Below are positions 9,549-18,260 of a stretch of 57,486 nucleotides of DNA, piece by piece (position 1 is the stretch's first letter; each line of letters begins with the position of its first letter). The notes beneath the pieces were generated by a model, which worked only from the letters and a program-made list of their open reading frames with translations, made no database searches and was not told the origin of the DNA. The stretch is from a virus (Duplodnaviria; Caudoviricetes), in the IMG/VR virus record IMGVR_UViG_3300042298_002341, positions 1 through 57,486 of that record; one strand, given 5' to 3'. Both the position numbers and the translations under genes were made by a program.

Positions 9549-9878
9549 ATGAGGCCGGTTGTCTACACCATCACGGGGACGGGTAGTTCGGCGGTTTTTC
9601 CGCCAGACCACTACATCTCCCCTTTCAACGTAACGCTGGGCGTTACGATATCGGGTACGGTCAACTACACGGTCCAATATACGTTTGACAATGTGTTTGC
9701 TTCCGAGTTTGATCCATCCACCGCAAATTGGGTGGATCATCCCTCGCTGACAAGCCAAACGGCTGCCAAAGACTCAAACATTGCGTACCCTGTGACCGGC
9801 ATCCGTCTTTTGGTGAACTCCGGCACGGGCACTACGCGGTTGACCATCATACAAGCGGGCGGTGGAGGTAGAGCATGA
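9549..9878 (+). CDS. Putative structural beta-sandwich protein
   Basis: 109 aa, YTVQYTFD and PVTGIRL motifs, in the operon. Confidence 0.7.
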   Translation: MRPVVYTITGTGSSAVFPPDHYISPFNVTLGVTISGTVNYTVQYTFDNVFASEFDPSTANWVDHPSLTSQTAAKDSNIAYPVTGIRLLVNSGTGTTRLTIIQAGGGGRA

Positions 9879-10441
9879 TCGCCACTAACATCGATGGTAC
9901 GACTGGCAGTGGAGACGCTAATCAGGTTTTTAACCTGTTGGCGGTAGTTGCTAATCCTGACATGTACGCGGAGAAAGTGCGTACATTGCTGGAGGCTACG
10001 GCAGAGCATAAAAAGTTCCTTGCGTTGGTAGCTCCGGCTAACGAAATTCTTGCCATCCGGCAGCAAATCGATCAAGACAGGGCCGAGGCTGCGGCAGAAC
10101 TCGATAAAGCGCGTGCAGACGCGGCACAACTCGTAGCAGCCGCCAAGGCCGACGCGCAAAGTATCGTGGATGCAGCCAAGGAGCAGGGAGCAAAGACCAC
10201 CGCTGCCGCCAAGAAGGTTGAGAAACAAGCTGCGGACAAGATGACCGCTGCAGCGGAAACGGAGCGAAAGGCGGCGGATGCGTTGGCGGAAGCCACGGCG
10301 CTTCAGAAAACTCTTGATGACCGCATCAAGGCGACAGATGTGCTTCGTGCTGAAGTTGAGAAGCTGAAGGCCGAGCACGAAGCCATCAAGGCTGCACTGA
10401 TTGCCAAGCATAAGCGGCATTTGCAGGAGCTTGAGGCATGA
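9875..10441 (+). CDS. Ala/Lys-rich coiled-coil protein
   Basis: 188 aa, ATGA overlaps at both ends. Confidence 0.7.
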   Translation: MIATNIDGTTGSGDANQVFNLLAVVANPDMYAEKVRTLLEATAEHKKFLALVAPANEILAIRQQIDQDRAEAAAELDKARADAAQLVAAAKADAQSIVDAAKEQGAKTTAAAKKVEKQAADKMTAAAETERKAADALAEATALQKTLDDRIKATDVLRAEVEKLKAEHEAIKAALIAKHKRHLQELEA

Positions 10442-11010
10442 CGGGAATTGTAGATTTCCGCACCGAGCTTCTTGACGAGACTGGTGCCCCGATCACTTCC
10501 AGCAATCCTCTGCCTACTACGGGTGGGGGTGGTGGCGGCGGTGGAAGCCTTTCCGATACTGTGTTTGTGGATTCCACAGGCCAGTTGTTTGTTTATCGGG
10601 ATACAGGCTCTGGTACACCGAGTGCCTATGCTATCCCGGCTTGGACGCTGTACACCCCGTCGGGGGCGGTTACCGCATCGCCAGTTCAGATAGACAACAC
10701 CGGCTCCAATCCTGTTCCTGTTGAGTCGCAAGCACTTACGGTGCTGAAACGGATCGCGGCGCTGCTCAAACCGTTGCAGCAGATTACAGGCGGGGGCTCT
10801 AATCGACTCTCTATTGACGTCAATAGCGGCACTGTCACTACGGTTGGCACAGTCACCGCAGTCACCACAGTCACCACCGTTACTACTGTTAGCACGGTAA
10901 GCAACGTAGCTGCATCCACGTTGACCAACATCGCAAACGTCTGGGGTTTTGATACCGCCAAAGCCATATCGCGGCAGGCGTACAATTCCGGAATCAGACT
11001 AAGGTTGTAA
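10438..11010 (+). CDS. Fibre-like protein with poly-Gly linker and VTT repeats
   Basis: 190 aa, GGGGGGGG and (VTT)n tracts. Confidence 0.65.
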   Translation: MTGIVDFRTELLDETGAPITSSNPLPTTGGGGGGGGSLSDTVFVDSTGQLFVYRDTGSGTPSAYAIPAWTLYTPSGAVTASPVQIDNTGSNPVPVESQALTVLKRIAALLKPLQQITGGGSNRLSIDVNSGTVTTVGTVTAVTTVTTVTTVSTVSNVAASTLTNIANVWGFDTAKAISRQAYNSGIRLRL

Positions 11011-11011
11011 A

Positions 11012-13849
11012 ATGCCCAGCACGATTGTTCCAGTATTGGACCTTCCGTTTTTTGAGCTTTGCAACCAAGCTCCTGTTGCATCAGGCGCTACGGCTGCTTT
11101 TTCAACTGCGGAAGACGGTACTGACAGGTTCATCTACTACCTTAGCGGTTTGACGTTTTACCGCTACGACACCGAGCAAGACACATGGCAGCAACTCGCT
11201 AACCCCGGCGTTGCCCCTGTTACGCTTTTGTCGATGCGGCACACCAAGCGGCGCGGGTATCATGGGCGCGTTATTTCTGCTACGGCGTCCTCTGTTACGT
11301 TGCCTAACCTGCGCCAGAGTGAACTGACAGGGCAGACAATTCGGATCGAGTACGGCACTGGAGCAGGGCAAGAGCGCACGATCACATATACCAGCGAAAC
11401 AACGCATGATTTTGGCGTTGTGACTGCGGCCACGGGTCTTGTGCTGACCGACTCAACAAAGAAGTGGCGCGTCAATCAATGGGCCGGGTACACCGTCGCC
11501 ATCACTTTTGGCACGGGCGTGACCCTATACCGCAAGGTGCTGTACAACGACGCCACCGCGCTCACCATCAGCGACGTAAACCTGATGCCGCACGACCCGT
11601 GGAACAACACGGACGTAGTGGCGGCAAGCCCTTATGCCGTCCCCGTGGCGACTGCGGGTTCTCAGTCGATGTACCGCATCCTTTCAGCGAACTTTTCGCT
11701 GAACTCAAACTGGACCGTAACGCCAGACGCAACTTCGTACTTCACCACGCTGTCAGGCGGCATCTATCTGGTGTCGTCCGCCGCCGCTGCGCCGTTCTTT
11801 ACGCTGCAGTATTACGACATTCTTGCAGACTACTGGTATAGCAAAACTTGCCCTCAGGGCCTGCTTCTTGCGGCACTTGGCACGGACATATCAATTGAAC
11901 GTCTTGCCAAAGTTAGTACGCCTTTGCTGGCTTCCACTGCGGTAACGTCTGCAACCTCTCGTACTGTTACTGCTTCCTCTCTGACGCTTGCCAATGACCG
12001 CTGGGCTAACTGCCGATTGTTGATTGTTGGCGGTACTGGGGTTGGCCAAAACAGACGTATTGTGGGGAATAACGCCACGACGTTCTGGCTTGCTCGTCAG
12101 TGGGCAACTACGCCAGATGCTACGTCAACTTTTGAAATTTGGCCCGACTGGGATCGTTTGTACATGGTTGGGGGCGCGGCTTCGGCCATGTATGCCTACA
12201 GCCCCGAAAACGATTATTGGATGCAGGGGCAGGCGTTTGACGACGGGGTGACGACAAACATCTCTGCGTCTTTGGGTAACGTCTGGATGCCTGTGGGCGT
12301 TTCAACAGGCGTTCGCATTGCTGCAGGCGTTACAGGAGTAGCCTCTGCTCCGACGGCAGGCGGAACCAACTACGTCATTGGCGACGTTCTGACCTGCTCG
12401 GTGGGTGGCACGGGTGCTCAGGTCATCGTGACCAGCATTGCCCTCGGTGGCGTAGTGACGGGTATTGAGCTTGTTAACAGCGGCACTGCGACTGGCTTTA
12501 CGGTTGGCACTGGCCGTGTGACAACGGGTGGTACTGGTACTGGATGTACGATTGAGATTACGTCTGTTGGTGCGACCGCAACGATCACTACGGCATCCGC
12601 GCACTTTTTCCGGACTGGAGATAGCGTAACTTTTGCCGGCTGCTCGGAAGCTGCGTGGAACGCCGCGCACACAGTGCTGGGTGCTCCGTCCACCACCACG
12701 TTCTGCGTGGCCGTGACGGCAACCGCCAACATGGCCGCGAGCAACTCGCAGTCCACCACCGCCATCGTAGACCCCACGAAGAACTGGACGACGAACGAGC
12801 ACGTTGGCCGAGTGGTTGCACTGAGCGTAGCGGGTCGCGCACCTACGACCCAATACCGCTGGATTACGGCGAACACGGCCACGACGCTGACTGTTGCCAC
12901 CATCACTGCAGCAGTGAACGGCACCAGCAAGTACGTCATCCACGACGCCAAGGCGTTTGGGGTAGACGACCAGCGGGCCATCAGCGGGCAGGAAGCCTAC
13001 GGATGGGCCACAGGCGGCAGCACGACGACTTTGGTGGACAGCACGAAGTCTTGGGTGCCGAATCAATGGGCAGGCTACCTGTTCAAGATCGAGACAGGCA
13101 CGGGCTATGGCTCGGGTCGCATCTCGATCATCAGCAACACCGCCACCACGCTGACCTACGCCACGCAGACCTTCACGCCGGATGCCACCACGAAGTACGA
13201 GATCGCGGACACATGGGGGCTAGCGAGTGCATCGACCACAACGTCGATCACCGAGGCCACCAGCAAGAACTGGGCGGTAAATCAGTGGGCGGGTAAGCGT
13301 GTTCGTATCATCGCTGGAACGGGCGCAGGTCAGGAGTCTACGGTTGCGTCTAACACAGCGACGGCGCTGACAACAGGCACGATCACGGCGGGTGACGCAA
13401 CTTCAGTCTACGCCATATACGGTATACCGGCGCGTGGAGCCGGTATTGAACTGCTGTATCCGTTCGATGCAACAGTGGATCGCGGTAAGTACATCGTTTC
13501 AGTCCGTGGCGGCGGTACAAACGGTATTGACCTGTTCAATATCCAGACCGGGCGCTGGGATTACGGCATTCACTTTCACCCACAGAACGAACTGTTTACG
13601 ACTGGAAGCAGCTACACCTACGGCGGCGGCAACAAAATCTTGCTTACCAGAACGGCCACTACGTCGGTTGTTCGCGTGCTTGAGTTAGATCTGGAAACGC
13701 GAGAAATTGTGGGTCGTGGGACAACCACGTTCTTGTCTGGGACGGTAACGATTGGTAACATTGTAGAGGCCATCACTTCCGGTGGGTACACGTTTGTGTA
13801 CGTTCTGCAGTCAGGCGGCACGCTAATGTCACGGGCAGCACTGATATGA
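11012..13849 (+). CDS. Large spike/adhesin-like protein with propeller-like blades and repeated beta modules
   Basis: 945 aa, Thr-rich, with repeated DSTKxWxxNQWAG...GTG...NTAT...PDAT units and Y-x-Y-D...W blade motifs. Confidence 0.7.
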   Translation: MPSTIVPVLDLPFFELCNQAPVASGATAAFSTAEDGTDRFIYYLSGLTFYRYDTEQDTWQQLANPGVAPVTLLSMRHTKRRGYHGRVISATASSVTLPNLRQSELTGQTIRIEYGTGAGQERTITYTSETTHDFGVVTAATGLVLTDSTKKWRVNQWAGYTVAITFGTGVTLYRKVLYNDATALTISDVNLMPHDPWNNTDVVAASPYAVPVATAGSQSMYRILSANFSLNSNWTVTPDATSYFTTLSGGIYLVSSAAAAPFFTLQYYDILADYWYSKTCPQGLLLAALGTDISIERLAKVSTPLLASTAVTSATSRTVTASSLTLANDRWANCRLLIVGGTGVGQNRRIVGNNATTFWLARQWATTPDATSTFEIWPDWDRLYMVGGAASAMYAYSPENDYWMQGQAFDDGVTTNISASLGNVWMPVGVSTGVRIAAGVTGVASAPTAGGTNYVIGDVLTCSVGGTGAQVIVTSIALGGVVTGIELVNSGTATGFTVGTGRVTTGGTGTGCTIEITSVGATATITTASAHFFRTGDSVTFAGCSEAAWNAAHTVLGAPSTTTFCVAVTATANMAASNSQSTTAIVDPTKNWTTNEHVGRVVALSVAGRAPTTQYRWITANTATTLTVATITAAVNGTSKYVIHDAKAFGVDDQRAISGQEAYGWATGGSTTTLVDSTKSWVPNQWAGYLFKIETGTGYGSGRISIISNTATTLTYATQTFTPDATTKYEIADTWGLASASTTTSITEATSKNWAVNQWAGKRVRIIAGTGAGQESTVASNTATALTTGTITAGDATSVYAIYGIPARGAGIELLYPFDATVDRGKYIVSVRGGGTNGIDLFNIQTGRWDYGIHFHPQNELFTTGSSYTYGGGNKILLTRTATTSVVRVLELDLETREIVGRGTTTFLSGTVTIGNIVEAITSGGYTFVYVLQSGGTLMSRAALI

Positions 13850-14010
13850 CAGTCGAACAGTTGATTGTAATGTTCAGGTCGCGGGTTGAGTTTCTCAACC
13901 GGCTTATTGAAACTGCGACACATCAAGGCGATGTGTCGCGGGTAAACGAGCTTAGTGCTGATAAAGAGCAAACACAACTCACGCTGGATAGACTCTTGAC
14001 TTTGGTGTAA
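13846..14010 (+). CDS. Small hypothetical protein (54 aa, below the track cutoff)
   Basis: ATGA overlap; MTVEQLIVMFRSRVEFLNRL...LDRLLTLV; fills the gap. Confidence 0.65.
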   Translation: MTVEQLIVMFRSRVEFLNRLIETATHQGDVSRVNELSADKEQTQLTLDRLLTLV

Positions 14011-14015
14011 TTTGT

Positions 14016-14270
14016 ATGGCTAAATCTCCGGCATGGCAGCGCGCTGAAGGCAAGAACCCCAAAGGGGGTTTGAACGCCAAAGGCAGGGCTTCGGCTAAGG
14101 CGCAGGGCATGAACCTGAAGCCACCGGCCCCGAACCCCAAGACGGAGAAAGATGCGGCCCGCCGAAAGTCGTTTTGTGCACGTTCCGCTGGGCAGGCTAA
14201 AATGTTCCCTGAAGCCGCCAAAGACCCAAACAGCCGACTGCGAAAAGCGAGGAAAGCATGGAATTGCTGA
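14016..14270 (+). CDS. Small basic phage protein (DUF6321-like)
   Basis: GKNPKGGLNAKGR...RRKSFCAR...KDPNSR...WNC. Confidence 0.7.
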   Translation: MAKSPAWQRAEGKNPKGGLNAKGRASAKAQGMNLKPPAPNPKTEKDAARRKSFCARSAGQAKMFPEAAKDPNSRLRKARKAWNC

Positions 14271-14764
14271 CTGAACGATGGGCTCCGGTTAGAGGGTACG
14301 AAGGTATGTACGAAGTCAGTGACTTCGGCCGCATGAAATCAGTACAGCGTTTTCGTCGTGGTAGAGCCGGAAGTCTCGTCCCCGTGCCGGAACGGATCAT
14401 GACGCTTACGCCAAAGAAACGCTCCGCCGACGGTAGGCAACTTCCCTACATCGAAGTACGTTTGCGAGACGGATCGCCTAGAGATATCCGTTGTAAGGCG
14501 TTCCTTGTCCATCGTCTGGTTGCCCAAGCCTTTGTTGGGGAATTGTTTGAAGGTTGTCATGTGGATCACATAGACGGCGATTACCAAAACAACCATTGGA
14601 CAAATCTGCGCATTCTGACGGCTCGTGAACATGGTTTGCTCCACCCCTGCATTGTGGATAAAGCACGAAATGCCACTATGCAAGCCGCTGCACAAGCTAA
14701 AGTACGTGCTATGAGGGCGGCTGGTGAGCTTGTTGGACGGCATAAAGTTGTTTCGGTGAGCTGA
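14258..14764 (+). CDS. NUMOD4-HNH homing endonuclease
   Basis: ERWAPVRGYEGMYEVSDFGR (NUMOD4) and VHRLVAQAF...VDHIDGDYQNNHWTNL (HNH); lower GC than its neighbours. Confidence 0.9.
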   Translation: MELLTERWAPVRGYEGMYEVSDFGRMKSVQRFRRGRAGSLVPVPERIMTLTPKKRSADGRQLPYIEVRLRDGSPRDIRCKAFLVHRLVAQAFVGELFEGCHVDHIDGDYQNNHWTNLRILTAREHGLLHPCIVDKARNATMQAAAQAKVRAMRAAGELVGRHKVVSVS

Positions 14765-14765
14765 C

Positions 14766-14945
14766 ATGAACACGGCGAGCGATCACGAAGTAGGTAAGCA
14801 GATTCTCGATGTGCTGTCAGTCGCAACAGTGATTGGAGCACTCGTGGACATTCTTCCTTCCATTGCGGCACTCTTCACGATTGTATGGACCGGCCTGCGC
14901 ATCTGGGAGACAGACACTGTGCGCAAGCTCACCGGGCGTGACTGA
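14766..14945 (+). CDS. Small membrane protein (59 aa, possibly holin-like)
   Basis: MNTASDHEVGKQILDVLSVATVIGALVDILPSIAALFTIVWTGLRIWETDTVRKLTGRD; its stop overlaps the next ATG. Confidence 0.7.
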   Translation: MNTASDHEVGKQILDVLSVATVIGALVDILPSIAALFTIVWTGLRIWETDTVRKLTGRD

Positions 14946-15301
14946 TGCCGTACGCCAGTGAAAAGCAGCGTAGGCTGATGCAGGGTGTGGCGCATAGCCC
15001 TGAGTTCGCCAAGAAAGTCGGTATCCCGCAGTCTGTCGGGCGCAAGTTTGAAACACACAAAGCTGGCGGCGGTGCCGCTAAGGAGTCTGAGATGAAAGAG
15101 TCCCCCGCGATGATGAAGAAGGAAGTGGCCTTCATGAAGAAGAAGGGTGCTCCGAAGTCGATGATCAAGCACGAGATGGCTGAAGCCAAAGGGGCTAAGT
15201 ACGCCTCCGGCGGGTTTACTCGTTCGGCCGACGGCGTTGCGAAAAAAGGCAAGACCAAGGCCAAGCAGATCAAGATGGCTGGCGGTGGCAAAGCCTGTTG
15301 A
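14945..15301 (+). CDS. Small basic protein with AxGG motifs
   Basis: 118 aa, K/M-rich; KYASGG, KMAGGG, RSADGVAKKGKT. Confidence 0.75.
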   Translation: MPYASEKQRRLMQGVAHSPEFAKKVGIPQSVGRKFETHKAGGGAAKESEMKESPAMMKKEVAFMKKKGAPKSMIKHEMAEAKGAKYASGGFTRSADGVAKKGKTKAKQIKMAGGGKAC

Positions 15302-15308
15302 GGTGACT

Positions 15309-15509
15309 ATGAAAAACGGAATGGAAAAGAAGGCTCCGCCTGCCCCCAAACGCAAGCGGGAACTCCCGCCCGCAGATGATGTGACGCCCCCGTCCGGTGC
15401 GCCGGGTATGCCCGGTGGCCCCCCGATGCCGAAGTACGCCAAAGGCGGATACACGCGCAGTGCTGATGGTATTGCCAAGAAAGGCAAGACCCGAGGGCGA
15501 GTGCTGTAA
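15309..15509 (+). CDS. Small basic protein with AxGG motif
   Basis: GAGG RBS before ATG 15309; KYAKGGYTRSADGIAKKGKT is paralogous to the previous gene. Confidence 0.7.
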   Translation: MKNGMEKKAPPAPKRKRELPPADDVTPPSGAPGMPGGPPMPKYAKGGYTRSADGIAKKGKTRGRVL

Positions 15510-15763
15510 TGATGTCGAGTCGCGGCATGGGGGCCATCAATCCCTCGAAGATGCCCAAGCCTAAGCGCAAGCCGCGCCGCGACGACACGGACTTCATGCA
15601 GTACGCGGAGGGTGGTGAGGTGGGGCTGTACGCGAACATCCACGCCAAGCGTAAGCGGATCGCTGCAGGCAGCGGGGAGAAGATGCGCAAGCCGGGTAGC
15701 TCCGGCGCTCCTACGGCTGCAGCGTTCGTGCAGTCGGCCAAGACCGCGAAGAGGCAGCAATGA
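15509..15763 (+). CDS. Small basic protein with AxGG motif
   Basis: 84 aa; RGMGAI, QYAEGGEV, GLYANIHAKRKRI. Confidence 0.75.
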   Translation: MMSSRGMGAINPSKMPKPKRKPRRDDTDFMQYAEGGEVGLYANIHAKRKRIAAGSGEKMRKPGSSGAPTAAAFVQSAKTAKRQQ

Positions 15764-16455
15764 CCACATCCGGCACCACTCTGTTCGACCTAGACCTCGT
15801 CGATCTCATCGAAGAGGCGGGGGAGCGTGCCGGCTACGAGATCCGCACGGGCTATGACATGCGCTCTGCGCGTCGCAGCCTGAATCTGCTGTTTGCAGAC
15901 TGGGCCAATCGCGGGCTCAACATGTTCACGTTTGAGCAGCTGTCACAAGTGCTCACTCCCGGTACGGCGACCTACACGCTGCCGGCAGATACCGTGGACA
16001 TCATGGAGGCGGTGATCCGCACGAACTCGGGGTCGGTGTCCAACCAGACGGATATCGCTATATCGCGTATCAGCGTCTCGACCTACTCTACGCTGCCCAA
16101 CAAGCTCCAGCAAGCCCGCCCGCTGCAATACTTCGTTCGTCGCGGAGTGGATGCCCCTACGGTCACGCTGTGGCCGGTGCCCGACACGTCGCAGACTTAC
16201 ACGCTGGTCTACTGGCGGCTGCGCCGCATCCAAGACGCTGGCAGCGGCACCAACACGATGGACGTGCCCTTCCGCTTCATGCCCTGCATGGTGGCGGGGT
16301 TGGCGTACTACCTTGCGATCAAGCGGCCTGAGAGCATGGACCGCGTCCAGATGCTCAAGATGCAGTACGACGAGGCTTGGCAGCTGGCTTCGGACGAGGA
16401 CCGGGAGAAGGCGTCGGTGAGGTTCCTGCCGCGCTTCTCCCCGATGGGGAGATGA
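15760..16455 (+). CDS. Head-tail connector/adaptor protein (putative)
   Basis: 231 aa; ARRSLNLLFADWANRG, LWPVPD, GLAYYLA motifs typical of podovirus adaptors. Confidence 0.65.
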   Translation: MTTSGTTLFDLDLVDLIEEAGERAGYEIRTGYDMRSARRSLNLLFADWANRGLNMFTFEQLSQVLTPGTATYTLPADTVDIMEAVIRTNSGSVSNQTDIAISRISVSTYSTLPNKLQQARPLQYFVRRGVDAPTVTLWPVPDTSQTYTLVYWRLRRIQDAGSGTNTMDVPFRFMPCMVAGLAYYLAIKRPESMDRVQMLKMQYDEAWQLASDEDREKASVRFLPRFSPMGR

Positions 16456-16458
16456 GCT

Positions 16459-16842
16459 ATGCCCCAGCCGTTCGCGTCAGGCAAGCACTCTATCGCGGAG
16501 TGCGACCGCTGCGGGTTTCGCTTCAAGCTACGTCAGCTTAAGCAGCTGACGATCAAGTTCACGCAAGTGAACATCATGGTCTGCCGCGAGTGCTGGGAGG
16601 CCAGTCACCCTCAACTGCTGCTTGGTACGTTCCCGGTCAGCGACCCGCAGGCGGTGCGCAACCCTCGGCCGGATCGCAGCTACGTCGCCTCGGGGCTCAA
16701 CGTGCTGGGCAACCCCGGCGACGGCAGTCGCATCACACAGTGGGGGTGGGCTCCGGTGGGCGGTGCCCGCAACGACGATGACGGCTTGACGCCAAACTAC
16801 TTGGTGAGCCGCGCAGAACTCGGTACAGTCACGGTATCTTAG
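16459..16842 (+). CDS. Zn-finger-like protein
   Basis: CDRC...CREC pair followed by HPQL...DPQAVRNPRPD. Confidence 0.7.
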   Translation: MPQPFASGKHSIAECDRCGFRFKLRQLKQLTIKFTQVNIMVCRECWEASHPQLLLGTFPVSDPQAVRNPRPDRSYVASGLNVLGNPGDGSRITQWGWAPVGGARNDDDGLTPNYLVSRAELGTVTVS

Positions 16843-16856
16843 CCTCGGAGGGCTAC

Positions 16857-17009
16857 ATGAACAAGATGAAGAAGGTCGCATCGGCTGAAGTCAAGAAGCA
16901 CGAACAGCGGATGCACAAGATGGCCAAGGGCGGTGTCACGTCCGCGATGGCTCAGCAGATGGGCCGCAACATGGCCCGCGTCAAGAACCAAGGCAAGGTG
17001 GGGAAATGA
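16857..17009 (+). CDS. Small basic protein with AxGG motif (50 aa)
   Basis: GGAGG RBS; MNKMKKVASAEVKKHEQRMHKMAKGGVTSAMAQQMGRNMARVKNQGKVGK. Confidence 0.7.
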   Translation: MNKMKKVASAEVKKHEQRMHKMAKGGVTSAMAQQMGRNMARVKNQGKVGK

Positions 17010-17170
17010 AAACGCCTGCACAGAAGCCTGAGCCGACCCTCCAGAACCTGCGGGTGACGGTGGGGCCGTACTCCAACAAAGCGTGCCCGGAGCCGAAGAC
17101 TTCGGGCGTCAAGACGCGCGGCAACGGCGCGGCTACCAAGGGCACCACGGCGCGTGGACCGATGGCGTAA
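17006..17170 (+). CDS. Small basic protein (54 aa)
   Basis: ATGA overlap; ends GVKTRGNGAATKGTTARGPMA. Confidence 0.7.
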   Translation: MKTPAQKPEPTLQNLRVTVGPYSNKACPEPKTSGVKTRGNGAATKGTTARGPMA

Positions 17171-17173
17171 GAC

Positions 17174-17830
17174 ATGACCTACACCGAGCTTGTCGCGGCC
17201 CTACAGGGGTTCTTGGAGAACACGTTCGACACGGTGGATGTGAACACCTGCATCAAGCAGGCTGAGCAGCGCATCTACCTGACGATTGGGTTCGCCGCAA
17301 CTCGGAAGGCTGCGACGTTGACGGCCACGATCTCGTCGCCGTACGTCACCTGCCCGTCGGACTTTCTATCTGCCCACTCCCTCGCCGTGGTGCCCGCCTC
17401 TGGCGTCTACACCTACCTGCTGAACAAAGACCCCAGCTTCATCCGCGAAGCGTACCCGACGGTGGCTGCTGTCGGGTTGCCCAAGGTGTACGGCATCTAC
17501 GGGGTCGATCAGGCAGATGCGAAGGAGCTTCGGTTTATCCTCGGACCGACGCCCGATCTGGCCTACAGCCTAGCGCTGGAGTATTACCACTACCCCGAGT
17601 CGATCACGACGGCTGCAACGGGTCGGACATGGCTGGGCGACAACGTGGACTCCGTGCTGTTGTACGGTGCGCTGGTCGAGTGCTACACCTTCCTCAAGGG
17701 TGAAGCGGACCTCATCAAGCTGTACGATGACAAGTATAAGGAAGCGCTGCTGCTCGCCAAGCGGTTGGGTGACGGTGCGGAGAAGCAGGATCAGTACCGC
17801 TCAGGCTTCCAGAAGACCCCGGTGAGGTGA
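17174..17830 (+). CDS. Second adaptor/tail tubular A-like protein (putative)
   Basis: 218 aa; QAEQRIY, GPTPD, LLYGALVE motifs. Confidence 0.65.
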   Translation: MTYTELVAALQGFLENTFDTVDVNTCIKQAEQRIYLTIGFAATRKAATLTATISSPYVTCPSDFLSAHSLAVVPASGVYTYLLNKDPSFIREAYPTVAAVGLPKVYGIYGVDQADAKELRFILGPTPDLAYSLALEYYHYPESITTAATGRTWLGDNVDSVLLYGALVECYTFLKGEADLIKLYDDKYKEALLLAKRLGDGAEKQDQYRSGFQKTPVR

Positions 17831-17831
17831 C

Positions 17832-18260
17832 ATGCCGATCTCCCAAGGACTCACCACATCGTTCAAGGTCGGCCTGCTCACAGCGTCGTTCAACTTCAAC
17901 GCCGGCACCTACAAGCTCGCGCTCTATGGCGCGACGGCTGACATCGGGCCGAGCACCACAGCCTACACAGCCGTGGGCGAGATCTCGGGCACGGGCTACA
18001 CGGCTGGCGGGGCCATCATCACGGTCACGACTGCGCCGACCTCCACGGGCACGACGGCGTTCTTCGGCTTCAGCAACGCCACATGGACGGGCGCGTCGTT
18101 CGTTGCACGCGGCGGGCTTATCTACCTCGCCAACGGGACCACCAACCCGAGCATCGCGGTGCTGGACTTCGGTTCTGACAAGGTGGCGACTCCGGCTGTG
18201 CCGTTCGTGGTGACGATGCCGCCGCCCACTGCAACCTCTGCCCTCATTCGACTGCCATGA
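17832..18260 (+). CDS. Tail structural protein (putative)
   Basis: 142 aa; YKLALY, GYTAGG, ARGGLIY, AVLDFGSDK. Confidence 0.7.
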   Translation: MPISQGLTTSFKVGLLTASFNFNAGTYKLALYGATADIGPSTTAYTAVGEISGTGYTAGGAIITVTTAPTSTGTTAFFGFSNATWTGASFVARGGLIYLANGTTNPSIAVLDFGSDKVATPAVPFVVTMPPPTATSALIRLP

